DNA of 64,000 bases from a virus (IMGVR_UViG_2907905317_000001:4219-68218), one strand, 5' to 3'; shown: positions 19,681 through 27,984, numbered from the stretch's first letter. Numbers and translations are program-made. The notes: a model not told the origin generated them from the letters alone.

Positions 19681-20019
19681 TTAGCAAGCTGCACATACAC
19701 CGTCAAATCCAGCAGACTGAACCTTCTTTGTTGCAACTTCGTTACTGCGGCGCTGGATTACTTTAGCAATACTCTTCAGGATTGAAGGTGAAGCGTTACG
19801 GACTTTAACTTGGTTAAGTACCTTCGTAACACCAAATTTCACAACCAGCACCCCGAAAATCTCATCTGAGTAAGATTCAGAAATCGAGCATACACCGCTC
19901 AAATCCAGATCCACTGAGCTGCCACTTTTGATGAGGACTTCAATTTTGTGCCGTTGAGGGATAGCCTGATTGCGCGAAGCCAGGTCACCCTCGGGCAACT
20001 TGTAAGCGATTCTGTTCAT
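19681..20019 (-). CDS. STAS-like (DUF4325-type) protein
   Basis: LASRNQA...VDLDLSGVCSISESYSDEIFG; coupled to upstream gene by TAATG overlap. Confidence 0.8.
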   Translation of the reverse strand: MNRIAYKLPEGDLASRNQAIPQRHKIEVLIKSGSSVDLDLSGVCSISESYSDEIFGVLVVKFGVTKVLNQVKVRNASPSILKSIAKVIQRRSNEVATKKVQSAGFDGVCAAC

Positions 20020-20993
20020 TACTCCCCTCCTAACGCCCGCATGATATCCATAAGCTGAGGATCATTTTCTTCGTTATCTTTATCAACAGCCAGTTCATTA
20101 ATCTTAAAACGACAAGAAATAGCCACTCCAGGCCAAGCACTTCTCAACTCGGTGTAGGTTACTTCGTCACCACTTGCCTCTAAGCATACATTTCCTGTAG
20201 CCAGTTGCAATTCTCCGTTGTAAGTTTTAACCAATTTCATCAAGTGATGGAGGCCAAGCCCTTGATGATTATTCTCTTTTTCTTTTACTTTAACGCCTGC
20301 ACCGAACAGGTTCCCTCCCATGTAGTCACCAGGTACCTGCTGAGCCCAGTCATCCTGCAGATCGGCATGCTTTGAGGAGTTACCCTCTTGTATGCACCAT
20401 TCAATTGCGTCCTGATGTGATTCTATACCAGGAATATCAGCCCGCCTTAACTCTCTCAAAAAACCTAACCCACAGTCCGCCAGGGAGAACTCGAGATAAT
20501 GCTCTCTTCTTTGTGTATACGGAACAGCCGATCGTTGAGCAAAAGAGAAACCTGACGATTTTCCATGCGACCAAACGTTGTCATGCAACTCTCCGATAAC
20601 ATGCGTCAGGTCGGTTAGTCCCTTCGGATAGTCTCCCGGAGCTCGTCCAGGAAAAGTTAACTGTCTAACGCAATTATTGATGCTAGTTGTAGCGATATCT
20701 ACCGCATCAACACTAGTAAGAGCAGTAACTAAGCTGTAATGCCGACCTACGTTTACCCTTTCCTGCTGATACCGGTCTATCCCCCAAAGAGCACCGTGCA
20801 GATTGATTGCACTCATATAGTCTCGGCCAGGTAAAGAGCAGTTTTCTTCGGTAATCCGATGATGGTTAATATAAGCTGCCAATACAGTTATAAATCCTGG
20901 ATGGCAGTGGTTGTTAGGCAAAAGCAACTCGTTAGTGTCTTTATTATGAAATGCTGCTGTATGCAAAATACCGTCTTTTAATCCTAACCCCAT
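20019..20993 (-). CDS. GHKL/HATPase anti-sigma-factor-like kinase
   Basis: N-box ELHDNVWSHG, G1 DCGLG, G2 GLGL; no TM or evident His-phosphotransfer domain. Confidence 0.82.
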   Translation of the reverse strand: MGLGLKDGILHTAAFHNKDTNELLLPNNHCHPGFITVLAAYINHHRITEENCSLPGRDYMSAINLHGALWGIDRYQQERVNVGRHYSLVTALTSVDAVDIATTSINNCVRQLTFPGRAPGDYPKGLTDLTHVIGELHDNVWSHGKSSGFSFAQRSAVPYTQRREHYLEFSLADCGLGFLRELRRADIPGIESHQDAIEWCIQEGNSSKHADLQDDWAQQVPGDYMGGNLFGAGVKVKEKENNHQGLGLHHLMKLVKTYNGELQLATGNVCLEASGDEVTYTELRSAWPGVAISCRFKINELAVDKDNEENDPQLMDIMRALGGE

Positions 20994-21023
20994 TGACTGA
21001 GCCTTTTTTGTTCATTTTTGCTC

Positions 21024-21052
21024 ATCATATAACTTCCACCTTGCCAGAGCAA
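21024..21052 (-). promoter_or_regulatory. Putative sigma70 promoter of kinase-STAS operon
   Basis: TTGCTC-17 bp-TATGAT about 30 nt upstream of the ATG. Confidence 0.6.
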
Positions 21053-21103
21053 AACCATCCAAGGTTTTGATTGGCCCCACTCCATTTAAAGCGGCAGCGC
21101 GCG

Positions 21104-21122
21104 CTCGTAGCCCCGCCACGCC
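21104..21122. other. cos site of prophage A
   Basis: CTCGTAGCCCCGCCACGCC followed by TGCCCGCTT; right part identical to cos of B and similar to P2/186 cos. Confidence 0.75.
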
Positions 21123-21257
21123 TGCCCGCTTTACGCAGTGGTTTTCATGCACCTGCACGATATAAGCAAAAGCCCGCCAGAACTGGAGGGCTTGGACATA
21201 AACGATCCTCTAGCGATCATTCATTTTCATGCAGCATAGTCATGCACGACGGTGCAA

Positions 21258-21518
21258 TCAGTCAAAAAGAGAATAATTGGCGTCGAATTCGTGGCTTGTA
21301 GCCTCAACTCTCGTACACACATTAAGGTAATTGAGTCCGTCAGATAACGATACCGGGCGCTCCAGCTCAATCCAGAAACTATCTTCGTAAGTCTTCCCTA
21401 GCCAGAATCCACCGCCGTACTCTTTTGGACGCTGAAAGAAAACCCACTGACCGGGAATCATTGTCTGCAGTGCTTCACCGCGATAAACAATCTGATAATT
21501 GCTGTCTTTGGAACCCAT
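21258..21518 (-). CDS. Hypothetical protein (MGSKDSNYQIVYRG...)
   Basis: ORF downstream of the dinI-like gene with GAGG RBS. Confidence 0.7.
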   Translation of the reverse strand: MGSKDSNYQIVYRGEALQTMIPGQWVFFQRPKEYGGGFWLGKTYEDSFWIELERPVSLSDGLNYLNVCTRVEATSHEFDANYSLFD

Positions 21519-21550
21519 AGCTAACGCCTCGCATTGCTCGTTGTTCAACC

Positions 21551-21585
21551 TTGTGAGTGACAGAACAATTTTCTGACACTCACAA
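21551..21585. repeat. 15-bp inverted repeat, one mismatch
   Basis: TTGTGAGTGACAGAA-CAATT-TTCTGACACTCACAA. Confidence 0.85.
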
Positions 21586-21591
21586 CGTTTC

Positions 21592-21825
21592 CTAATGAAG
21601 CCAGCTGTCGTCCTCCCAGACCTGCTGCAAAATTTCCATTACCCGCTTTTTATCTTCGTCCAGTTTCAAGCCGCTCAGCTCCAGGCCGTTAGCGCTTCCC
21701 TTACGTATGCGGATTGCCGTTTTTGGATAGAGAGGGCGCAAATTTCGGTAAAGCTCGGATTCAAGGGCTTCCAGTGTTGCCTGGCTTATCTTCTGCTCTT
21801 TATCGATCATTATTTCAATGCGCAT
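21592..21825 (-). CDS. DinI-like protein (186 orf97-type)
   Basis: MRIEIMIDK...ILQQVWEDDSW. Confidence 0.88.
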   Translation of the reverse strand: MRIEIMIDKEQKISQATLEALESELYRNLRPLYPKTAIRIRKGSANGLELSGLKLDEDKKRVMEILQQVWEDDSWLH

Positions 21826-21835
21826 AAAGCCCCCC

Positions 21836-22024
21836 TTAGTTGATAACGTCCATCGCCTGGCCGTAATCATGGTTCCGAATTTTCGCCATCAACTCGTCCG
21901 TCAGTTCCGACACCCACTGGATCGCAAGGCGTTTCTCTTCTTCGCTACACTCACTAGCCGCTACAAGCTTGATAAAGAAATCAATACGCTGGAGTTTCAA
22001 CGACTCCAAAAGATAGTCCTGCAT
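21836..22024 (-). CDS. tum: Probable SOS-inducible antirepressor (Tum-like)
   Basis: Small ORF between LexA box and dinI-like gene, the 186/Fels-2 tum layout. Confidence 0.7.
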   Translation of the reverse strand: MQDYLLESLKLQRIDFFIKLVAASECSEEEKRLAIQWVSELTDELMAKIRNHDYGQAMDVIN

Positions 22025-22101
22025 TTTCCCTCCTATCCTCACTACGGGATAAACCAACCAGCATCCCCAGGAAGAGATGCCTATGACTGTATGCATATCC
22101 A

Positions 22102-22117
22102 CTGTTTATATATACAG
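22102..22117. promoter_or_regulatory. LexA box
   Basis: CTGTTTATATATACAG (CTG-N10-CAG); weaker adjacent site at 22087-22102. Confidence 0.9.
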
Positions 22118-22183
22118 TATATGAGGATTTCGGGGTTGTAAAATATTTTTTATCAATCAATCAGATGAGTCTGTTTGCTGAGG

Positions 22184-22879
22184 TTAATCATTAACTTCAC
22201 TCAGCGCCGTCATTATTGCCAGCCGCTCGGCATGGGGCAAAGCTGCGAACTTTTCGCGCCAGCGCTTCGCCTTGCGTTTGATGCGCTCCCTGTCGTTGTA
22301 ATCCTTACCCGCAAAAGTGTGCGAGTAGGCTCGCCCCTCCGGGTAATTCATCCAGATTTTCTCTGTGCGTACACCGCCGCGAGTCATGGCCTGAAATTCT
22401 TTCTGGCGCCAGCCCGTTAACAGTTCGTTATAAAGCGCTGATGGGTAACCGGACAAAATCACACTGACATTTTTTGGCAGGCTTTTAAGGCAGGCCAGCA
22501 GCCGCTCATGATCGGCAACGGTATATTCATTGCGATAACGCGCGGCACTGGTGCGCGTTTCATGCAGATAGGGAGGGTCTGCGTAAACCAGCACACGCCC
22601 GGCGGAGGAAAAATCGAAGCCCCTTAAAAACTGCACCGCATCGGCAACCTCGATAAAAAGGCTATCGCCCACGGTATCAAGGAAATCAACATTGCCCTGG
22701 CAGAACGCCTCAACCGTCAGGGGATCAATATCAACGCCCCAATTGCGGCGGGCCGGTGGCTTACGCAACATAACAGCGCCACCGCCCAGGTGGGTCTCAA
22801 TGTAGGTATCATGCGGCGGCATTTCCGCAATAATCTTTTGAAAAACACCGCTTGCAGCCTTGCTTCCCAGATAAGTCAT
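22184..22879 (-). CDS. Compact Dam-like adenine methyltransferase
   Basis: YLGSK (motif X), ETHLGGGAV (motif I), DID, YADPPY (motif IV); start taken at MTYLGSK, 231 aa. Confidence 0.85.
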   Translation of the reverse strand: MTYLGSKAASGVFQKIIAEMPPHDTYIETHLGGGAVMLRKPPARRNWGVDIDPLTVEAFCQGNVDFLDTVGDSLFIEVADAVQFLRGFDFSSAGRVLVYADPPYLHETRTSAARYRNEYTVADHERLLACLKSLPKNVSVILSGYPSALYNELLTGWRQKEFQAMTRGGVRTEKIWMNYPEGRAYSHTFAGKDYNDRERIKRKAKRWREKFAALPHAERLAIMTALSEVND

Positions 22880-22923
22880 TTTTGTTTTCCTCAACTCCTG
22901 ATTTCGTTTTAATTCACCTGCAG

Positions 22924-23019
22924 CACAGTCGAAAATGACGTTACTCGATGAATGGCCAGCACTGTCATTTCTGACGGTGAAGCGCTCAATTCGGTACCAC
23001 ACCGTCAGTCCTGACCATG
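22924..23019. repeat. Three 20-bp imperfect palindromes CACnGTCA-N4-TGACnGTG
   Basis: 22924-22943, 22960-22979, 23000-23019; fourth copy at 23411-23430. Confidence 0.8.
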
Positions 23020-23030
23020 TTGATCGCGGG

Positions 23031-25334
23031 CTATTTCTGCGCTGAAAATGCACGCTTCATTCGGTTCAAAAGGTCATCCGCCTGCTGTTTAATCTCCACA
23101 ATCTGGGACGGCAGACGCTGAACACCTGCCGCAGTACGGTTACGGACAGTAAGGCGCCCTTCATCAACCGTTAACACCTGATCGCCAAAAGCAACCACCG
23201 CGCCAGAAATCAACGAACGGACCATTCCGGCACTGGCATCCACTCCACGCAGAGCCAGCAGCTCACTAATTTGCTTTTCCTGCTCCGTCATAGAGCTGGC
23301 TTTTGGCCTCACTTTTATGCGCTTGTTAGTTACCCTTGCCGCTTCGCTCAGCCGCTGCGCTATCACCCGTTTTTCTTTTCGGGATAAAGAGCCAATATCC
23401 GCCCAGCTGGCACTGTCATTCATGACCGTGCCACCAGGATCGGCGCGTTTTTCAACCTCCCGCGGCTCCCGCGTACAGTTATTGACAGAACTCCGAGGGG
23501 CGGCGGGGCCGCCTGAAAAATCAAGGTCAAAACCGGAAACGCCGTCGGCCTGACGTTTCGGCACAATTTTGTATTTGGTAGTGCGCGTATGAATCAGCGA
23601 TTCCGGCCCACGGATCGGAGAGTAAACGCCGGAAATTTTGGAGACGTCATCCCCGTAAAGGTTGCCGTTTTCGGTGACTTCATAGCTGAGGCGCACGCGC
23701 AGGAGATCACGGGAAACCAGCGGGCCACCCTGAGCACTCACGTACAAATCCCACGCGCTGCTGTCAGCGGCCTGGCGCACTGGCTCAATTTCGGGGTGCA
23801 GGACCAGCTCACGATCACCGAGGCGGCGCAATTCACGCCACACTGTTACCGGTGCGCCGCCTATCTGCTGGAACTGACGGATCGCCCAGCGAGACGCCCA
23901 GGCACTAACGCGGCGCGCCATCTCTTTCAGAGGCTTGCCGGTTTCATCATCCAGATCGTCATCAAGCTGATAGCCATCAATATTTTTTGAAATGTATTTG
24001 GCGATATAGCCCGTAGCGCTGCCCTTCTCTTTCTCGATGGGTTTCATTTCGAAGCGGTTTTCAGCGGCGCCAGGCTCATTCCCATCCTCACGCATGGCGT
24101 GCTTACGAAAGATTGTTGTTGCTGGTTCGATATGCTCCGGGCGCATGAAAAGCAGGAGGTGCCAGTGCGGGGTTTCGTCGTGGTGAGGCTCAACAACGCG
24201 AAAGCCAAACACGCGAATACCATTGCGCAGCCAGGCCGCACGCGTGCGCGCCCATACTTTGCAAAGATATTTCTGCGTTTCACGCGGTGACGCGCCGCTG
24301 TATTTGTTGTTCCGGCGCCCGTCGTACTGCATTGAGTGGTATTTGGATGGAGCGGTAAGCGTGAAGAACGCCCCGGCCAGCCCGGCCTCATTCGCTAAAT
24401 CTTCGAACCCACGCATGCGCGCCATCAGTTCACGGCGTCGGTTGGCTGGGTTGGCAACGCTGCCGGCCACTTTATCAATCAGCGATACGCGCTCTCCGGT
24501 GTCCTCATCTTCCAGCTCCATCGCTTTCAGAAATTCGCGGTTGGCTTTCTTTTGCGCCGTCCATTCCTGCAAACATGGGTCACTGCAGTACGGTGCGGAT
24601 TTTTTGTGAACATACCCGGCCGCAACCATCAGATGCTCACGCCAGCGAGCATGCATACGGCGCAGACGATTAAGCCACCACTGCGGAGACTGCAGGCGGG
24701 CCACTGCTTTCAGTGCGTCTTCCGCCTCCAGTTCTTCTTTGCAGTAGGCCGTCCAGCACGGGACCGACGTTTTGAGGTGATTGGCAAGAAACCCCATGCG
24801 GCCATAACCTGAAAGGGTGGAGAAATGGGAATCGGACGTGCAGGCCATCTGGAAATCAAACTCGCGGTTAAACTCGCTACCCAACAGGTCAGCAAGGTTA
24901 TGCGCCAGTCGTTTCAGCTCTCTTTTGCCAGCCCAAAGCAGGCGCCAGAATTGTTCACGCAGAGGCAACAAAGCCGCAGGCATAACCCCCTGCGGCAGAT
25001 ATTGCTCGTTAACCTGATCTATACGACTCAGAACGAATCGTTCAAAGGTATTGATAAGCCAGGCATCAGCCGCTTGTTTGCCTTTACGGTCTACCTGTTC
25101 AAGTTTTTGAGCATACATACGACGGACAAAATGAGGCAGCGAAGCCAGGCGACGACGAACCGCCCGGCCCCGGTCTGGTGCTTCATCCGTTTCTGCCAGT
25201 TCGGCAATCGACAAACGCTTGCGATTGCCGTCCGGCGTCAGATACATGATCCCCGGCGCCGCATCGGCTTGCTTAAAACCACCGATTGCAGGGCGCGGGG
25301 CATTCCATGCGTAGGGGAAAACGGTGTCAGACAT
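23031..25334 (-). CDS. A: Rolling-circle replication initiator gpA
   Basis: TLTAPSKYH, EPHHDETPHWH (HUH), YIAKYISK, IRQFQQIG. Confidence 0.96.
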   Translation of the reverse strand: MSDTVFPYAWNAPRPAIGGFKQADAAPGIMYLTPDGNRKRLSIAELAETDEAPDRGRAVRRRLASLPHFVRRMYAQKLEQVDRKGKQAADAWLINTFERFVLSRIDQVNEQYLPQGVMPAALLPLREQFWRLLWAGKRELKRLAHNLADLLGSEFNREFDFQMACTSDSHFSTLSGYGRMGFLANHLKTSVPCWTAYCKEELEAEDALKAVARLQSPQWWLNRLRRMHARWREHLMVAAGYVHKKSAPYCSDPCLQEWTAQKKANREFLKAMELEDEDTGERVSLIDKVAGSVANPANRRRELMARMRGFEDLANEAGLAGAFFTLTAPSKYHSMQYDGRRNNKYSGASPRETQKYLCKVWARTRAAWLRNGIRVFGFRVVEPHHDETPHWHLLLFMRPEHIEPATTIFRKHAMREDGNEPGAAENRFEMKPIEKEKGSATGYIAKYISKNIDGYQLDDDLDDETGKPLKEMARRVSAWASRWAIRQFQQIGGAPVTVWRELRRLGDRELVLHPEIEPVRQAADSSAWDLYVSAQGGPLVSRDLLRVRLSYEVTENGNLYGDDVSKISGVYSPIRGPESLIHTRTTKYKIVPKRQADGVSGFDLDFSGGPAAPRSSVNNCTREPREVEKRADPGGTVMNDSASWADIGSLSRKEKRVIAQRLSEAARVTNKRIKVRPKASSMTEQEKQISELLALRGVDASAGMVRSLISGAVVAFGDQVLTVDEGRLTVRNRTAAGVQRLPSQIVEIKQQADDLLNRMKRAFSAQK
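23475..23502 (-). other. Replication origin (gpA nick region) of A
   Basis: CCTCGGAGTTCTGTCAATAACTGT inside gene A, like the P2/186 ori. Confidence 0.8.
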
Positions 25335-25380
25335 TCTGACACCCCATAATGTAAGCGCGAATAAACGCCGTTGCCCTCAC
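25327..25380 (-). CDS. Putative 17-aa leader peptide coupling dam to A
   Basis: GTG overlaps dam stop (GTGA), GAGG RBS, stop lies just past the A start codon. Confidence 0.4.
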   Translation of the reverse strand: MRATAFIRAYIMGCQNV

Positions 25381-26234
25381 GCCTGCACCTCATAATTCAC
25401 GCTGCAGTCAGGTCCGGTTGCAGGATCAAATCCAAGCCAGTGACACGATTTTGAGGTAGCAATGATTTCCACGGCAGACTTACCGTCACCAGCCGCAACG
25501 CCCATACTGCGGTTTGCGGTAAGGCGGTGATGTGTGAAATTCCGATAAAGGGAGCGAGTAAGTGAGGTGTCACTGTTTGAAACTATGACCGGATGGCCTT
25601 CTGACGCGCGGCGCTCAAGAATAGACGCCAGGCGATACTGATCGTCCTCTGTAAAACCGGCAGTGTGGTAATTACTAAAAGTCCCGTCATAAGGAGGATC
25701 GCAATAAATCACATCGCCCGTCTGCAACAAAGACAACGTTTCTTCGTAGTTAGCGCAAACAAAGGTGGCTCGCTTCGCTTTCTCAGCAAATGCGCGGATT
25801 TCACTCTCAGGAAAATACGGCTTTTTATAATTACCGAAAGGGACGTTGAATACACCGCTTAGGTTGTAGCGGCATAACCCACGATAACAATGGCGGTTTA
25901 GATAAAGAAAATATACAGCACGGTGCAGTCGGTCTAATTGCGGATCGTGGTTAAACGCTTCACGCACACGATAATAATTTTCAGCGACAATAAAACTTTC
26001 AAAGACCGCCTTAGCAAGATTAATAAAGTTTTCTGTATCTTCTGTAATAGAACGATACAGATTAATTAAATCTGGATTGATATCTGCGACAAGATAATGA
26101 GGATAGTCTGTTGCCATCATAATAGCGCAGGAACCCGCGAAAGGTTCAACCAATCGCGGGCCAGCTGGGAGATGCTTTTTCAGTTCGGACATAATGGCGG
26201 TTTTGTTTCCCGCCCATTTCAGGATAGTGCTCAT
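25377..26234 (-). CDS. dam: Dam DNA adenine methylase
   Basis: LKWAGNK, EPFAGS, GLCRYN...FNVPFG, DPPY. Confidence 0.93.
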   Translation of the reverse strand: MSTILKWAGNKTAIMSELKKHLPAGPRLVEPFAGSCAIMMATDYPHYLVADINPDLINLYRSITEDTENFINLAKAVFESFIVAENYYRVREAFNHDPQLDRLHRAVYFLYLNRHCYRGLCRYNLSGVFNVPFGNYKKPYFPESEIRAFAEKAKRATFVCANYEETLSLLQTGDVIYCDPPYDGTFSNYHTAGFTEDDQYRLASILERRASEGHPVIVSNSDTSLTRSLYRNFTHHRLTANRSMGVAAGDGKSAVEIIATSKSCHWLGFDPATGPDCSVNYEVQA

Positions 26235-26458
26235 ACAACGCCTCCGTTGTAGTGCTTGCCTTTAAGCTCTGCGATTTCCTGACAGGTCACACAGCATTGC
26301 ACGCCCGGAATAGCGCGGCGGCGAGCTGGCGGAATTGGAGCATCACACACCGCACAGAGCACACGGGAAACGCCCGGGACTTTGGCGCGGGCATTGTTGA
26401 TATGGCGCTCACGATCTTCCTGTTCGCGCAGCTGAGCGAGGTCCATAGAATCAGCCAT
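26231..26458 (-). CDS. TraR/DksA C4 zinc-finger protein
   Basis: CxxC...IPPARR...CVTCQ. Confidence 0.9.
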   Translation of the reverse strand: MADSMDLAQLREQEDRERHINNARAKVPGVSRVLCAVCDAPIPPARRRAIPGVQCCVTCQEIAELKGKHYNGGVV

Positions 26459-26697
26459 TAGTGCAACTCCTGCGCTTCGTTCTGGATGCGTACCGCTTCA
26501 AGGCGAAGCAGTTCGGCCGCCTCGATATAGCTCAACTGACGGGAAACGATGCGCACGGCCAGACTATCCAGACGAGCCGCCATTGCATCAGCGCGGCAAC
26601 GGCGCTCATCCAGGCGCGTTTCATTTAACAAAGCGAACAGGCCAGCATCGTCTGGACCTATTTTTGTTGAGTGGGTTTTCAAATTTTTCATATTCAT
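26458..26697 (-). CDS. Conserved P2-like early protein (DUF2732-like)
   Basis: EAAELLR motif; homologue at 60685..60912. Confidence 0.8.
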   Translation of the reverse strand: MNMKNLKTHSTKIGPDDAGLFALLNETRLDERRCRADAMAARLDSLAVRIVSRQLSYIEAAELLRLEAVRIQNEAQELH

Positions 26698-26760
26698 TTC
26701 CTCAGAATTCGGGCAAAAAAATGCCCGGCGGGTTTACGCCATAAAAAACGGGTTAGTTAC

Positions 26761-26961
26761 TTAGATATAACCAGAAACAGGGACAGGCTTACTTTTAATC
26801 TGGCTGATAATTTCAGCCTGCAAACCTTCTTTAAATTCTTTGCAGCATTCCCATTCGGGATCGACACGCAAAACAGCACCATCACGGGTTTTAATTTCAA
26901 AACCTTCCGCCATATTTGGGATGATCACGCCTAAAATAATTCTCAACTCATTACGAGACAT
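26761..26961 (-). CDS. Hypothetical early protein
   Basis: 66-aa ORF with GGAG RBS, in place of dhr. Confidence 0.65.
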   Translation of the reverse strand: MSRNELRIILGVIIPNMAEGFEIKTRDGAVLRVDPEWECCKEFKEGLQAEIISQIKSKPVPVSGYI

Positions 26962-27175
26962 GTTTCGCTCCTTTAATAACCAAACGAGCAATACGAATAA
27001 TTAAAAAAGCTGACGGCTTAGCCGTTTTTGTTTTCAGCCCGTTTAATAATTCGGACTGATCGCGGCATGGGTGCCAGCGCTTGCCGTTATCTCCTGCAAT
27101 CCAGCCGTGACCGTAGTGCATTGCCGGGCTTTGCTTTACCAGGAGCGAGGCTAAAGAGGGTTCGTTTTTCAGCAT
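26951..27175 (-). CDS. fil: Fil-like protein
   Basis: PSLASLLVKQSPAMHYGHGWI...GKRWHP. Confidence 0.8.
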   Translation of the reverse strand: MLKNEPSLASLLVKQSPAMHYGHGWIAGDNGKRWHPCRDQSELLNGLKTKTAKPSAFLIIRIARLVIKGAKHVS

Positions 27176-27182
27176 GACCACC

Positions 27183-27692
27183 TCACATAAACCCGAAAGT
27201 CGCACTGATACCTGTTACCGTATCAATAGTGCTAGCCATGGCTGGGTTAGCCTGTAGACGAGCCTGCATGGATATCGCAGCCAACGCCATAAAGCGGGTG
27301 GCGGAATTGATGCTACTGATCACATCACGGCGACCAGCAGTAGTCCCGACTTCCCCGGACACAGCACCGGCAGCCACACGGCCAATTTCAGCTGTCGCAC
27401 TCATTACGTAATGCGGAAGTTTTTCTTTTGCTACTTCGTTCGTAGGTACGCACGGAAGGCAATGAATTTGAGCCAGGAAACCATCAACCAGCGTGGAGTC
27501 CTCAGTGATATCCGTCAGCAGCCAGATTTCAGGTGGAGTAAGCTGATGCGGTTGTTCCGGGTTCAGCTTGTTGCGCAGCGTCTGGACATTCATTCCCGCG
27601 CGCTGTGCCAGCTTCGCCATGTTGTGACGCAATGCGAAAGCCCTGCAGGCTTCATCAAAATGGGGATGCTGAGAAATGCGATAATCAAACAT
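27183..27692 (-). CDS. cII: CII lysogeny-establishment activator
   Basis: HFDEACRAFA...LRNKLNPEQPHQLT, 169 aa. Confidence 0.92.
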   Translation of the reverse strand: MFDYRISQHPHFDEACRAFALRHNMAKLAQRAGMNVQTLRNKLNPEQPHQLTPPEIWLLTDITEDSTLVDGFLAQIHCLPCVPTNEVAKEKLPHYVMSATAEIGRVAAGAVSGEVGTTAGRRDVISSINSATRFMALAAISMQARLQANPAMASTIDTVTGISATFGFM

Positions 27693-27720
27693 ATTGAATC
27701 CTTACAATTCTCACCGTGAA

Positions 27721-27984
27721 TTAAGAACCAATGACAAGTTGAAAACGAGAATGCCCAAGAGCTTTTCTCAGTTGTTCCTCTTTCCAGCGAGCGTAATAAA
27801 TACGGATTGGTCCTCCGGCTTTTTTACAGCCCTTACGGATTTTACGTGGTTCGATGGGAACGCAAGGATTGTCCCCTGTTGTCCAGCGATAAGCTGTACG
27901 CACTGAAATACCCTCCAGTTCAGCAAACTGCTGCAAAGTGACTATTGCTGCAGGTATTTTTAAGATGGTGATTCCAGAAGCCAT
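27721..27984 (-). CDS. apl: 186-type Apl excisionase/repressor
   Basis: 87 aa, VTLQQFAELEG...AYRWTTGDNPCVPIEPR...GGPIRIYYARWKEEQLRKALGHSRFQLVIG, recognised as 186 Apl-like. Confidence 0.85.
   Translation of the reverse strand: MASGITILKIPAAIVTLQQFAELEGISVRTAYRWTTGDNPCVPIEPRKIRKGCKKAGGPIRIYYARWKEEQLRKALGHSRFQLVIGS

Noticed and set aside
20019-20993. Classical sensor histidine kinase
   Set aside because: No TM/sensor or evident H-box domain and no response regulator; the partner is STAS-like.
22206-22225. Fifth palindrome copy near the MTase 3' end (CGCCGTCA-TTAT-TGCCAGCC)
   Set aside because: Only the left half matches; not distinguishable from chance.
22924-23019. Palindromic repeats as a mini CRISPR array
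   Set aside because: Repeats are only 20 bp and degenerate, gaps are 16 and 20 bp, one copy is inside a gene, and there are no cas genes.
22880-23053. N-terminal 58-aa extension of the MTase ORF in the track
   Set aside because: It overlaps the A stop and crosses the palindromes; an ATG with GAGG RBS at 22879 directly precedes motif X.
22184-26234. Restriction-modification system from the two methyltransferases
   Set aside because: No adjacent endonuclease or specificity subunit; orphan dam is common in these phages.
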